DNA from: Azolla caroliniana
Taxonomy: Eukaryota; Plantae; Polypodiophyta
DNA: 64,000 nt
NCBI GenBank assembly: GCA_043228905.1
Contig: JBHGNT010000012.1
Coordinates: 7,626,001-7,690,000, forward strand
Direction of reading: 5' to 3'
Shown: positions 1-14,849 of the stretch, in pieces
Layout: the number at the start of each line of letters is the position of its first letter
Numbering within the stretch: the stretch's first letter is position 1
Program-made: the position numbers and the translations under genes
The notes under the pieces: generated by a model
What the model saw: only the letters and a program-made list of their open reading frames with translations
Databases searched by the model: none
What the model was told of the DNA's origin: nothing

Positions 1-3000
1 AACATGAGACACTTCAGACATTTTGTAACTTCCAAACCAAGAAAATACCTTATTTCTCCAGGAGGGTGTGCTAATGTGTAGATAGGGGAATGGAATGAAT
101 GAATGTGTGAGAGATTGGGTGGGTGAATAACTAAGGAATTAGATGAGAGAATGGAGTTGTAAATGAGCAAATGAGAAGATAGACAGGTAGGGTATATATA
201 TAAGGGGGTGAACAATCGAGACACAATCTTAGGGTTTAGGTGTGAGGAATTGAGCATGATCAAATAAATGAGGAAAACTAGGAAAGATAAGATGCCCAAG
301 TAGCCAGAACCCACGGGCATGAGGTGAGAGTTGAGAGGGATGCAATGGAGATACAGAGAACTAGACAAAATGACTAGAAAAATGTCAAAACAATGATGAT
401 TAAGACAATGGCTTGACATCTAATGGCTAACATTAATCTATTTGAGATGACCCTCATTTATACTTGCAAATTACAATGCATGTATCCTCTCATAACTTTA
501 CAACACCATCAAGCACGACATATCGAATACACTTCACTTAAAATGGTATTATAAATACTTGGTGCACAGTACTTGTTTCGATCCATATAAAGCTTTTTTT
601 TTAGCTTGCACATAAGATTATCAACACCACATACATATCCTGCTGGATTTTGTTAGTTTATATTTTCATTCAAGCTATCATTTTAAAATGCGATGCTGAA
701 ATGCATTTGATGGACTTCTAATTTCAGTAACTATAAGTAATTATTATACTAGACAATTCATTAGCATATGAAATGTTTCCTTGTAATCCAAAACCATAAG
801 TTTGAGGATAGCCGTTTGCAAACAGCTCTAGACGCATATTTGTAATTATATTCCATTCAAGCTTTATAAACTATATGCAACCTTTGTTTTGGACCATGAT
901 TTCTAAACACGAATTCATATGTGCTTACAATAAATGAATTTCTTCATGCACTTCTTCTTGTCATTTGTATTTATTTTTACTAAATGGAACCTCATTAGAA
1001 CTTAGTTTTATGCAATATCCAAACGTTTGCATAAATGAGCACTAAACGTATCCACATGTTTTCTTGATTGTTGTGATCTACACATGTGGCTCAAGGACCA
1101 CTTCACGATTGTTATCAAGGTCAACAACTTTTGTTTTTAGGCCTTTGTTTTTTTCTTGTTTAGCTTCTGAATTCCTTTCATAGCTTCTTCTTATGTTTGG
1201 TGTACTTTCAACTTATACTTCATTCATGTCTTGGAAGCGACATCACGAAAGACATAACACCATTTCCTTCTAGATCATAGCACTGACATGCATTTCTATA
1301 TTATCAAATCCCAAAAGTATAAATACAATTTATGTTTTTCCATGGAGCTTATTTCCTAACATGACCAATGCACATGCACATGACATACACATTCAAACTC
1401 TTTTTAACCATGAGGTCAAAACTTTCTTCATTACTTACATTGAGCATCATTCTTAATGATTATAGTTGGCATTTTGTTACCCCAGCCTACATTCAATGCA
1501 TAAAGTTATGTATATGCCCAAGAAACACCTTTTTTACATTCACCATATTGTGGCTCTCACACACTCTAAGATATGTGAATTTGTTTTGTTTGTCGACTCT
1601 ATCCATATGAGGAGTATACGTTGGTGTTATTATTTCGTTCATTTTCAAATAAATGCAAATTTATCCATTTGGGACATTTTCACCATTAACATCACTTCTC
1701 AAACCCTTCAAATTTTCTGCATCCGTCAATTTTTTTGCTATGGATTCTAAATAAAGAAACTGTTTGAAACATGACACCTTTATTTCTCCTGAAGCACATA
1801 TAGAAATCACGCAAGAAATATTTTCAATATGTAGCAAAACACCTGGATCTTGCAAATACTCAAGTTCTCGTGATGGGTATCAAATATGTGTATGCACATG
1901 CTCAAGAGAATGTTTTGCAAATGTAACTTTTTAACGACTTCATATTTTTATGTGAGTTTAGCTTTAGAACATGCTTCACATGTATTGATTACTTTGACTT
2001 CTTGTCAAATCCAAGCAAATTTCTCATAATTGTGGACCAATTCCCATGCTTATTTGCTTAAATCCAATTAATTTAGTTGTTTGTTGAAATGTATTATTAT
2101 TTCCAAACATATCATTAGAACATCTTGATACGATGTATCATGTATTATTGACAAATTTTGGATATAGTTGCAATTAATATATTCTCATCTTCATTGTATG
2201 TACGGTTATGCTTATGGCTGGAAAAGTTACTATATATTGGAGATGCTAGAAGGACAAATTTAGAATATTACATTACACATGTCAACCTTGAATGTTGGGT
2301 GGGTTCAAGGCAAGAATGCCTATTGATTACCAACATGAGAAATGACTCTCGTAGAGTCCTCGTACTCCTTTGCAATTGACCACACAAACTAGGTATTGAA
2401 GTTTCATTAGGGCGTCAAATGTATGTGATAAATACATAGTATAGGATGAATGTCACTTGCTTTTTACATGCCCAACAAATGATGCAATTTGTGAATGCTA
2501 TAGCCTATAATACATAGTAAGAAGGGGTGGTAAATTGAGGGTCATACTTAAGAGTCAAGACACATCCTAGAAGTTGAGCTCATATGTATATGCCTTTTCA
2601 TACAACAAGACTTTGTGCTCAAAGAATAAGTATCATGTCTTAGGAATGAGAGACACATCAAGAAAAGTTTACTCTAGTGTTATGGGTCAATATATTGGTC
2701 TCTTTATAGATGTTAAATAGTATCTACCTATCTATCTATATATCTAGTTTGTGTGTTATCTTGATCCTGATTAGAAATTTGTTGTTGCCAACTTTAATTC
2801 CAATTAGAATTAAATAGTTGATCTAACATGCCTGTTTTCACTTCAAACATTAGTAATATGTGGACTAGGCATGGGATTTGGCTCAATGTATTGTTCTCAC
2901 TTCAATCGTTCAAAAAATGCGAGCCAAATTTGGAATTTGTCTCTTCTTGCAATAATATCATAGTAGAGACTAAAAGTAAAATAGAAGTGCTAAGCAAATG

Positions 3001-6000
3001 CTTAGAAGCTTTAAAGACATAGACAAATGCTTTACATGTAATCCTTTTAAACAAATTCCCACACTCTCGAGTCTCATGGCCAACCATTTTCGATTCCATT
3101 TATAATTGCACTTTCATTGTCGATGCTATATTGATGAACATTAGAATATCGCGAGTGCTTTTATTGTTGTTTGCTTTTTAACATGTGGAATCATGTAGGC
3201 AATTAGTGCATTGGAAATAAGTATCCTACTATCATAATTCTTCTACTCGTACCATACCTTCAGCTCAACGAACTTCGTTAGCTTGATACATGTTTTAGCA
3301 CATTTTTCAAACTTAAACTTTGGTATACATCAACTATTCATCATCTTTCACGACAACATCCCAAAGATCTAGTGAGTGCAATGTATTTTGAGCTTTACAC
3401 TCTGAAGAAGTATATCTTTCTTTCCAAAATAAGACTTTGGGTTTTGTTAAACCTATAACATCTTTCAAATTCTTTGGGTACACCTTAATGTCTATGAATA
3501 TTCACATGCACAATTATGAACTCAAATATCTTTCTTTTGGAAATAAGTAGTTATGAAAAGTACTTTTATTTATTTATAGTGACATATATCATTTAAACCT
3601 GAAATATAAAGCAACGATACGGAAGGCCGTGGTCACCTTAAATTATTGACGTAATCTACTACTTTTAGGAACTAATATCCAAGCAGTTTACGAGAAAGAA
3701 AGCATTGTTTCTTTATTCCTTTTCTTTATGCATTATAGGATGCAAAACCCATAGTGACCTCTTTTGATTCCTTCTATTTCCTTAGGACATTGACGAGAGG
3801 CTCCGATTTGTCTTTTGCCTTCGCTATGGGGTGATGAAGTGGTTTAACACGCTTCTTTATTTCCACCTTACCTTTATTTGCTTAATGTTAATGAGTTTTT
3901 ACTCTAGTACATACTAATATATGCACTAACAATGAGACTAGGACATGCCACATGAGTACATACCTCGAACCTCAATAAGCACCATGGGCCCTTGTTAGTC
4001 ACCCATACTAAAATTTGTGTGCTGAAGGAGGGACATTCAATATCAAATATTGATAGTTAAGTGTGTCATTTAATATATAAAATATGCAATTGTCATGAGA
4101 ACGTTACATTCCTTTGTAATTGTCTTTATTTGGTAAATGGAGACCACAATCTCCTTGTAAATCAATAGAATCATTGTTGCAAGTTCAAAATGTATCTTCT
4201 TTAGTCTCACACTCATTGCTCAAACATTCCCTCATGTTGACCTCAATATCTCAAAGTTGGAAACATGTGGGCCACATGATTTGTTGAGTGATAGCATATT
4301 TATCAATGTAAAACAACTCAAGGGAATTATGAAGAATTTGGGATATTTTTGAGATCTTAAACATAAAAAATCTCCAGTGCCTATTAGTTAATCAATTTAT
4401 ACGTTTTTTATGGTATAGCCACTGGGGTAGCTTAGTACGGCAAGGCCATGTGCATTCCCAAGCATGAGCAAATGTTTTCCATACATTGTGAGGTATTGTT
4501 TATCTTAATAGCGAAATCTCTTGCTTACATTGATCACTCATGGAATAACTTAGGTTTTTTCATAGAATGTCAAAATTTCTTATTATGAGCATTAAAATCT
4601 TTTGTCAGCAAGATGCCATCTACACTCATGTACAGATTCCTATGGAAATTAATCAGGGGGGTTCATGCCCAATCGGTGGATGTAGCATAATGAAATATAA
4701 CATCACACAATTACATTTACATAATTGGAATCCACGTGTATTACAATATCTTGCCATGATATTGTAGTAATTCTTAGAAAGTCACATGGTTAAATATATT
4801 ATCAACTTACATTAAAGTCTTACCTAGATTACGCTACTAGGTTTTGACCTACATCCAACCTAGTCATCATTCTCATGACCATTTTTCTTATGTAGCATTA
4901 ACGCGTTTACATTGTTTGATTTAGTCAAGGAAAAAGCTTGGAAAACCTTTTCTTTAGGAAGCTACTAAGCTTGCAAAAGTAGGAGATACATTGACCAAAC
5001 AAGACTTGCAATTGGATCTTGAACCACAAGGGCGAGTAATTACATGTCCCTTTAATGTACAACACAAATGTGACTTTTTGCATTACTCATTTTGAGAAGC
5101 CAAGTTCGAAAATTCCCATAAATGCCATAAGAATGAAAATAGATTCTACTTTTTTCTACAATATGAAAAGTTGATGACTAGTATATAGATAGAATTGAGT
5201 TTATTTATTAAAAATTGTGAATGTGAGCCCTTTGGTAGCGAGCAATTCTTGAATGTTTGTGATCCTACTGTTGCATAACATATTCACCAAGTTTTGTCTA
5301 GTGCCAAGGGTACATTTGCATGATCATTCATGTTCATGATCATAAGGACTCATATGCTTATTAAATTGAATAGACATTTAGTCCTCTTTAAACATTTTCT
5401 AGGCAACTACGTTCTCCTTGATCCTTACAAAAAGTACTTCGCATATGTGTACATATATAATAATGTGTTAGGATCAACCTCATCCACACATCTTCCAATG
5501 CAATGGGTTCCTCTCTCGGCATCTACTGCTTTCTCAAATTTCCCCTTTCTAATGGGTAGAATTTGACACAACTTCTCTCTCAACAATATTAAACTCCCCT
5601 CCACACAATGTACACAAGAAGCACAAAAGGTGCAAGACAAATATGGAGAGGTACCCATGATGGAACTTGATGAACATTGATGGGATGGTATACTTCAATA
5701 ATCGGAACTTCCATAGGTTCTAGTCATGTTCACTTCCAAAACTACACAATAAACATGATGAGTGCATCAATAATATTAGATAAATCGGCCACATATAATG
5801 ATACTTCATTCACATTTATTTATAACGATCGGATTTTCTAAAGCCCATAGCCACCAACATAATATTCTACACCATGCCACTAGCAACATAATCCATATAC
5901 ACCCTACTACATGGATGCTAGCAAAACTAGTAATCTAGAGGCAAAACACCAAGACATGCATTAATCTGTTATGAATTTCAAAAATATCCAAAATACACAT

Positions 6001-6722
6001 TTGTACCATTAATTACCAATGTTTCTACTATACAAGGATACTTTGGTAAACGTTCCTATGATTTATATGCAAGTGGGTCAGTAGCTTAGGGAACATTTAG
6101 AGGCATTTTGGTAAAATATTCAACAAACTAAAGCTCATCATGTCCCCATAATCCACAAGCTTTCGTGAGCATTAACCCATAGTGACCACTGACAACAATA
6201 ATCTCTTGCTCTTTCATTCACATTGTGGATCACACATTACTACTAAATTAAATACATAACCAAATCCATCAATATCTTGGATTAAGAATCAAGAGACACA
6301 AATGACTACAACATATTTTGGAAGATTAAATTATACACCTAAATATTTGGGAGATTAAATCTGAAAGGCTTGAAGAGGCAAAACATATTTTTGCCCTCGA
6401 TTTTTTAATCCTCCAATATTATATTATGCGTTAGCAATAGCTGCTGCTTCATGATCAAGAGGACTGATGTTCACATGCATCCAATCTGGCAATCCCTTAG
6501 TAATGCAAGATAATACAAACCCAGGAGTGCTTTAGTTTCACATAGTGGAGCAAAGCTTGATTTTAATGTTTTATGCCATCGGTATCAGAGTTATTACATC
6601 TCATTATTACTATATCAAGGTGGTTATATCTTTAACTAGATTTAGTGCTTCAGCCCAATAGTCGGTACTTCAAATGAGAGCGCAAAAGAAATAATGACAT
6701 GAACACATGATTCACAGACCAC

Positions 6723-6756
<34 letters not shown>

Positions 6757-6982
6757 CCAATAATTTGTGTTTGTATTCCAAAATCTTTCAATATTAGGGT
6801 ATTGGAATCTATGAGACTGACATTGACCTGTGTTTATGGTTGTGTAAGTATATAAACTAATGGCCCGTCGGGCATCAATTGTCCATATATGGTGGATTGG
6901 TTCATGTTGTCAATGCAACTCTTGCCCCCCATACTGTACCTTCTACAAGTTTCCATCTAAATGAATTAGAGATAGTTATTTA

Positions 6983-9900
6983 TTATGATGGTTTGGAGGA
7001 TGCGCTGAAGCTCAACTCCAAACCTTGACGCACACGTGAAGGAAGCAACATGGGTTTATCATCGTTAGCTAAGGGTGCATCTCGTGGTTTCATGTTTCTT
7101 TTCACACGTGGATTCAAACTCACTCCCTCTCGGAAAGCACCGATTTTGCGAAACTTTGCGGCACGTTGTTCTAGCAAGGACTCCGGACCAAGCTTTAGAA
7201 GTTCCTGCATCCGTTCATCGTAGCATGTTAAAAAGGATAGAGAACCTTGGTAAACTTAAACTGAGAAAAAGATGTAGCAAAATGATATATTCACCCGCAT
7301 ATGCTTCATTATAGCCTCTTTCATGGCCTTCGACGTAGTATATGGATCAGTGTGAGCACCTCCAATGGGTTCCTAAAAAGCACCACAAGGTCTTCTTTAA
7401 CACTAATGGTGGCCCAAATTAAAAATGCTGAAGAAAATCTCCACCAGAAGTTCAACCTATTGTTGCATATCATAGGAAAATGTCTCTAGATAAAATACTC
7501 TCTCTCTTAGTTTAGGAGGACAAGAAAATGCACACCGGAATCACTTCATCCACTATATCTAGCTTCTTAAGCTCATGAGCTGTTATCTTTAATGCCTCCG
7601 TTGCCTACAAAAGAAAGTCTGAAGTCAGGAATATGATTCATATTTCTAACTAACTAATATATATATATATATATGGAATGATGTACATGATACTTTGGTT
7701 TGGTATTTTACCTGTGGAGCACATGCGGCATTTTTCCATAGAATTGCTGCACAAGCTTCAGGGCTGCATTCAGATCAAGCCATGATATTTATTCACTATA
7801 AATAGGTTTAATCACAGCAACACATTACATATAGATAGATCCATAGACAAGAAAACACTCATGTACTACAAACCAACCTAGCAACATAATATACTGAGTT
7901 CTCAAGCATGAGCATCTTATTGCAACAGCCTATACCGAGTGCACCGCCCGATCCTCCTTCTCCGATTACCGTTGAGATAATAGGAACTTTTAGACCAAAC
8001 ATTTCTCGGAGATTTCTTGCTATTGCCTCACCCTAAACACAACATTTTATTATCAACGCACCAAATACACTGTTGGATGCTTTAAATTTATTTCTTTTTT
8101 ATGGTAATAGGTTGAATAAACTATTATTATACCTGTCCTCGTTCTTCGGCTTGAATTCCGGCATAAGCTCCTGGTGTGTCTACGAATGTAAGAATAGGGA
8201 AGCCATGGCGTTCTGCACTTTGCATCATCCTCAAGGCCTTACGATAGCTAAACACATTTCAAACAATGCAGGAAAATTTTAGAAAATACACACCATATTC
8301 CATACTGTGGTTTAGTTTTTAAAGAATGATAAAATTAGTAACGAAGTTTGTCCAGATATAGATCCAATTTAAATCATACTGTCATGATTAGTTCGAGAAA
8401 AATACATAATAAATGCATTCTTAGAAATTCAGGGAAGTTTGTCTGAGATCTAGATCAATGCTAAAATCCAAATAAAACTAGATACGTTAAATGTTTATAA
8501 ATATGTACCCATTTGGTGTTGGCATGGCGAAGTTCCTTTGTATGTTTTCCTTTGTGTTCCTTCCCTTTTGATGGCCGACAAACATGAAGCTCATATCGTC
8601 GATTTTCCCAATACCTGTAATAAGTGCTGGGTCATCATATCCAGCTCTGTCTCCATGAAGTTCCAACCACTGCAAGGAAGAAAAAAGGGTTTTGTGAAAC
8701 AATGAAATAATTTCCACCAAATGCTGAGGTCTACTGATGAACATACAAGTTGAAGAATCCTCGTGACAATACATACAACTTGGATAACAAGATGCATACA
8801 AATTTCACCAAACCATTGCAGAATTTGATTCAAGTATATATTAAGCCGCCCTTGTTGCAATATTTCCAACAGTCCTGATCCAAGAATATATTAAACAAGC
8901 TAACAAAATTGATCCAAGGATATATCAAACATCCCTTTTTGCAACATTTCCAGCATTATTAATTCAAGAATATACCAAACAAGCCTTCTTAATTATATTT
9001 GCAAGTTGTCCAATATGATTGCTTCAAAAATATTCCAGATTACATGCATCTGAAAACTTGGGAAGGTTTTCAAGTTCAAACCTTATCTGTGATGCTTAGA
9101 ACATGGTCTAGACATGTGGGCCTATTAGGATGTCTCGCTACACTTAGACGTTGTACAGGAGATAGGTGACCATATAGATCTTTGAGAACCTGATCAAGTA
9201 AGGATTCATCAAAAGAAATGCCAATAACATAATAAGACTGGAAATGACAATGATCTACACATATATAACTCAGACATCGTAGTAAACAGAGTAGCTACCT
9301 CATCATACTTTTCTTGTAATTCACCTAATTGCAAAGAGAAATCCATTCCAGTCTTATTTGCTAATTGCTGAACCTGCACAAAATATCAAACCAGAGAAAA
9401 AAGGTCATCATACACTATGACTGATTTATCTGCAACGATTGCTCAACACTGTGTAGGACAGAACACCCAACCTTTGATTCAAGTGAGATTTGTTCATACA
9501 TGCAATAGACCCAAACAAAGGTTCGCTTTGTAAAACCCTGAATAGACTAAACCCTTAAAAAACCCTAGATTCCCTTATAACAACTTAGATTCTCCTTCTC
9601 TGGAAAAAAACTGATCACCCAATACCATAGATTAACTATAACTTTCCCTACAAGGAGGACCCTTTCTATATTCCCCTTCCCTGCAACAATCAAACAATAA
9701 AACACAGAGAGAGAGACAGAGAGAGAGACAGAGAGAGAGACAGAGAGAGATTAATGCCAACAAGAGGCTGATCTATCAGCTTATGGAACAACATGATTAA
9801 AAATATCTGTGAGTTTAAACAATCCATCCTGCAACAAAGTAAAAGTTGACGGTTCCCCAAAGATCCATCATAATGATTTTAATGCATGCTGTGGCTTTCG

Positions 9901-10379
9901 TATCTGATAGATATGAGTAGGGAGACAAAAAATACCTCTTGGATCTTGTTTTGAATTTGGATGAGCGGGAGCTCGAAGGGCAAAGGAACAAGCTTTGGCG
10001 GAGTAGACAGAGGTTTGAACCGGCACATGTAACTCAACAGCAGAGGATTATGTTTGGACAAATCCTCAGAGTTCATTTTCTTGGGCCATGGATACACAAC
10101 CTCTTTCTTCTTCTTCTTCTTCTTCATGTTCAGCTTGGCCGTCGTTATCACCATTTCCCTTGTCCTCCTCCCAAACCCTAATTCTTCTGAAACCCCCAAT
10201 CCTTCAGAAAGGCCTAATCCTGCAGACCTTGAGAACCCAAGTCCTGCTGATCTTGGAAAACCTAATCTTGAAGCGCTTGGAAACCCTAATCTTCTTGTTC
10301 CTGGAGATTCTAACTTTCCAGAAGCTAGTGAGTCTACACAAAGTACTCTGTAATTTGGTGCAGCTGCAGCTGAGGCCAT
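6983..10379 (-). CDS. CAC3: Acetyl-CoA carboxylase carboxyltransferase alpha subunit, plastid (multi-exon)
   Basis: ATG at 10379 (MASAAAAP..., transit-peptide-like). GT-AG exons read manually: 10379-9936, 9373-9299, 9189-9082, 8669-8509, 8247-8133, ~8032-7880, ~7764-7712, ~7605-7536, ~7373-7295, last exon to stop at 6983. They give AccA motifs [98 protein letters not shown]. Confidence 0.95.
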
Positions 10380-10640
10380 GGCAGATGAGAACAGAAAGAA
10401 ATGGAGCAATTAGGGATAGGAAAGAATGAAGGCGACTACGAAGAATAGGGATATGAAAACCCTAGACCCGCAGGGCTTCCAGAAGCGTCGGATTCTGAGG
10501 AAAACAGGTGGGGAGACCCTGCTTAAGAAGAAGAAGAAGAAGGATGAGAGAGATGGGGATGAAGAAGAAAAAGGAAGAAAGAGTAGAGATGGATGGCTGC
10601 ATGGAAGCGTCAGGGCCGCCCAACTCACAGTTCCACTTTC

Positions 10641-10835
10641 TTCCATCTCCATCTCCATCTCCATCTCCATCTCCATGTCATGAAAAAGCCATTGGAACTG
10701 CAGACAAGAAGAAAGCACATAAGGCTGCTCTATTCCTTGCCATGCAATAACCATAACCATAACCATAATCATAATCATAATCTTAATCATAATCATAATC
10801 ATAACAATAATGTAATATGACGATGATGATGATGC

Positions 10836-10893
<58 letters not shown>

Positions 10894-10930
10894 GGTGATG
10901 GTGATGGTGATGGTGATGGTGATGGTGATG
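10641..10930. repeat. Compound microsatellite block (CCATCT)n, (CATAAT)n, (GAT)n, (GGT)n, (GGTGAT)n upstream of CAC3
   Basis: Directly visible; explains the poly-H/M/I ORFs in the track. Confidence 0.95.
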
Positions 10931-11099
10931 TGTAGAAAGGTTACGTATGCGGAAGCTTGTTGTACGCTGACACAGTCGATTGAGCAGTGGCAACAGTTAG
11001 GCGAACACAGAGAATGGAAATACACAGTATGTATTGTGTGTGTGAGAGAGAGAGAGAGAGCAGACAACAAACCTTAATTAAAAAATGAGAACACTCTGT

Positions 11100-13140
11100 A
11101 CATCAAAAATGTCGTGCTTAGTGAGCGCTCTTTATACAAGTCCTCACAAGGACTAACAGAAGTATTGACAGGTACTTCAATGCTCATAAATAAGCTACTG
11201 AGAGTGACTCCTAAAATATTCCTATTACTAAGAATAGGAATATATACCCTAACAGCCCATTGACTTGTCCCTCGGTCGACCCAGTTGTCGGCTTCTTCAG
11301 TCGACGCGGTTGTCGACTTCTTCAGCCGACCTACCTACTGGCCTTTAGTCGTTTGACTCATATTAAGCTTGTCTCTCAACACTCCCCCTCGAGCTCAACT
11401 TGAGGTTCCTCACCAACTCCAACTGGTCCATTGCTCCAGCATCTCCTAGCTGCTTGCCTTCTTGCCCGTGCTCCACAACCCGTTCGGTCCTGCGCTCTTT
11501 GACCCATCTAGTTGGCTTGTCTGCTCCTAAGGCTCCCCATGGCCTTTTTTTTGCCTCGGTGACTTCGGTGCCCCTCGATCCATTTGGCCTTCACGTGATT
11601 TGGCTCGTCCAAATCAGTTGTCTCTGATTCGTCTCCACCGCTAACCGAATCAGTTGTCTCGGGTTCGTCTTCAGTCTGGCCTTTGACTCTCTCAGCCCAA
11701 GTCTCCTCGACTTTCTTCTCTTTTCCTACTCTCCTTCATTTGGTTGGCTCTAGCTTGCTCGTTCTACTCCCCCTACAGTTGGCTACTCTTCCTTTAGTCA
11801 ATTTTCTTCCAGTCATTCTCTTGTTTGCGTCGGATTCGGCTTCTTTAGCCAATTCTAATACGGCTTTTCCAGCCGATCTTACTCTCCCCCTCAAGTTCGA
11901 CACATTGAGGTGTTGTCGACCAATCATACCCGAGAATTGCCATAACTTGTCAAGATTGAGAGGTTTGGTGAAGATGTCGGCCACCTGCCGATCAGTTGGA
12001 ACATACACCAGTTCCACTTCACCAACGAGAACTTGCTCGCGCATGAATTGGTAAGGCCCTTCGATGTTCTTTGTCCGAGCGTGGAAGACAAGGTTCTTCG
12101 TCAATTGGATATTGTTGAGGTTGTCACAGTAGATCACCATTGGATCAAACATCTCAACTTGCAGATCTTTCAATAGCCTCTTGAGCCAAATGGCTTCACA
12201 TGTAGCGAAAGCCACTCCTCTATATTCGGCCTCAATGCTCGATAGTGCCACTATTGGTTGCTTCTTGCTACACCAGATAACCGCCGCACTGCCCAAGAAG
12301 AATGCATATCCCAACGTCGATCGACGATCATCCGCGCTTCTGGCCTAGTTGACATCTGTGTAGCCGACTAGTTGTCCGACTACACATGCCCAATATAGCA
12401 ACTCTCTTGTGCCACTCACATGTTGCAAGATTTGATGTGCACACTAAAGGCGGTCAAATGTCGGTTGCAACATAAATTGACTAATCAGACCAACCAGATA
12501 GTTAAGGTCCAGTTGGGTGATGGTCAAATATATAATGCTAAATCTGACAATTTGTCGGAACTAAGTCGCATCAAAAGTCGACCACGATCTGAGGCGAAGC
12601 TTGACGTTCTTGTCAAGAGAAGTCAAGACAGATTTACAATCTGCCATGCCGAATTTGAAGAGCATATTCAACACATAATGATCAATATGCCTTCAGGAGT
12701 TCGGATCACTTCGATCCCAAGGAAGTAATGAAGGTCTCCCAGATCCTTCATCTTGAACGATGTCGTTACTCGAGTCTTGAGTCGGCCGATTTCCTCCAGG
12801 TTGGTGCCAGCGATGACTAAATCATCGATATATAGGAGTATGCTAATCGGTCCGGTCCGAGTTTGCCGAACGAACAAGGAAGAGTCTGATTTGGACAGCA
12901 CAAACCGGGCGCAAGCCCCATCTAATGCAATCGTTGTGTGATCTTTGCATTCCATGCTTAGGGGGCTTGTTTCAGTCTGTAGAGGTACTTCGTCTGTCGG
13001 CAAATTGCTGATGTGTTTAATGCCGATAGAAATCCAGGGGGTTGTACCATGTACACCTGTTCCTCAAGTTTGCCTTCCATGAACACATTCTTTACATCCA
13101 TCTAATTTAGATGCCACCCCTTTGCTGCTACTACAGCCAT
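11100..13140 (-). mobile_element. Truncated, degenerate Ty1/Copia remnant (RT fragments, RNase H, PPT, probable 3' LTR)
   Basis: RT motifs DVKNVF (~13080-13100) and LLYIDDLVI...MKDLGDLHYFLGIEV. RNase H motifs [35 protein letters not shown]. Purine tract AGGGGGAG (11382-11389, minus) followed by TGTTGAGAG at 11381. Left boundary approximate. Confidence 0.85.
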
Positions 13141-13677
13141 ATGCATGACATTTGGGTTGAATAATTAGATTTACCATAATTACTTATTATCCCTCAACTC
13201 ACTATCTTTTGAATGATAATATCACTTCTCATTGGCATTACGGCCATGAAAAGGGTTATCATGCACATAAATATGATTCAAAAAATCTCTTACAAAGGTT
13301 TCTTAGGAGTAGATGGGGAGCAGTGAAAATATTCGAAGGACACAAAAAGTAAAAATATTCGAAACAAGTTTAGAATGGATGAAAGATGTAAACAAATGGT
13401 TTGGAAAGTGCAATGTATCGTAATATTTGTATCATTGTGCATCAACAAAATTCTCTTATGAATGAGCCTTTTATGAAACACAAATGTATCATACGTTGGG
13501 AAGATGTAAGAGCTAATATTTCACAAATTATATTAGAGTCCATCTATAATTTGTACACTATTTCCACATGAATTCATTCACATTATCTTTGATATGAAAT
13601 CAAATGTGTATATTTTGGCTTGAACAAGTTCAAGAGTCAAAGTATCACACTATGATACAATTTGTTGCATTCTGCTA

Positions 13678-13900
13678 TACTCAAATTCCCTTTTCATAAA
13701 TTGTCAATCCAGTCCACTCCTTACACATATTCCTCTCACAATGATAATGTGCACTCTAAAGAGCAACGTTTATGGTAAACTTCTTACCACACTCAAATTT
13801 CCTTTCCACACATTGTTAATATGGTCCACTCCACACATACATTCCTCTCACAATCACAATGTGCCATCTAAATTGCAATGGTTAATAATAAGCTTCTTGA
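13678..13900. repeat. Diverged tandem duplication (~112-bp unit, 2 copies)
   Basis: ctcaaatt.cc...attgt.aat...gtccactcc..acac..attcctctcacaat.a.aatgtgc occurs at ~13680 and ~13792. Confidence 0.7.
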
Positions 13901-14126
13901 ACATAGAGAGCCACTAATCAACTCCACAAACTTTATGTAAAAACATTTCAAGTTTGGTCCTACAAATCATATTGGATAATGATGATATCTCTCTTTCTCT
14001 CTCTCTCTTTTTCTCGTAAATCAATGTTTGTTATTAAAACAAGATTATAATACAACCCTTGCTATCTTCACTGCTTCATAAATAGTGATACTGCAAGGGA
14101 AACCCTCTCAACTGTTGCAAAACTAG

Positions 14127-14402
14127 ATGTTTTTTTGCACAGTGGTTGAGGAAGATGCCATACACAGGTTCATTACATGTCCGGTTGCTAAAGCCATTTG
14201 GGTTGTTATATCACAAAATTGGGCATCGATAATAGGCATATTTTGTCACCTTTTAACTGGATTTTTATTGATGACGATAACGGCATGCCTGCACTATCAT
14301 ATAAGGTCATGTTTGACTACCTTAGGTATTGGGGGATGTGGTTTAATTGGACCATGAGAAATGGGTTATTGTTTGATGGACTTCATGGGGTAACACAACA
14401 AC
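14127..14402 (+). mobile_element. L1-like LINE ORF2 C-terminal fragment; target of the Gypsy insertion, continuing at 31868-32090 with an A-rich tail
   Basis: C..EEDAIHRFITCPVAKAIW (zf-RVT-like) and, after a frameshift, YWGMWFNWTMRNGLLFD. These resemble plant L1 C-termini. A-rich tail at ~32070-32090. Confidence 0.6.
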
Positions 14403-14835
14403 TGTTAACTCTTCGGGCCGGACAATGGCCTAACACAGGGTGTCTACGGGAGACACTTCACCAAAGGGTGTTACGGCAACCGGATTAGACTTCAACGCTT
14501 AATCCGACTTAATTAAGTTACTTATTAGGATCGTCTTCATAACACGCGTAAGATATAACAATTAAGACAGAACGGCAATTAACACAGAGAGATAACAACG
14601 CTTAAGCTTTCATTAATTAACCGCTCCCTATTACATTGTATCCGGGCCTTTAAATAGGTTTCCGGTCTGTATTACAAAATGGTGCCATCCGCACCTATTC
14701 GGGATCGGTCCGGATCCGGAACGGCATACCGTTTCCGATCCGTCCGTCCACACTCATAGCTTAATTACAACCACATTCCTACTACTTAATTAGCTCTCCA
14801 TTTCCCACTCTGGACTCCTTTGTCGGCCGGTAACA
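14403..14835 (-). repeat. 3' LTR of Gypsy element
   Basis: TGTTAACTC...CCGGTAACA; about 9 substitutions versus 31430-31862 by manual comparison, all transitions. Confidence 0.97.
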
Positions 14836-14849
14836 CATGGCACGCCCGT

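Noticed and set aside
1-6000. Short ORFs and AT-rich sequence that may be a decayed DNA transposon or LTR
   Set aside because: No motif or terminal structure that I can identify with confidence.
10410-11077. Poly-His/Met/Ile ORFs (also at 50214-50589)
   Set aside because: Translations of trinucleotide and hexanucleotide microsatellites.
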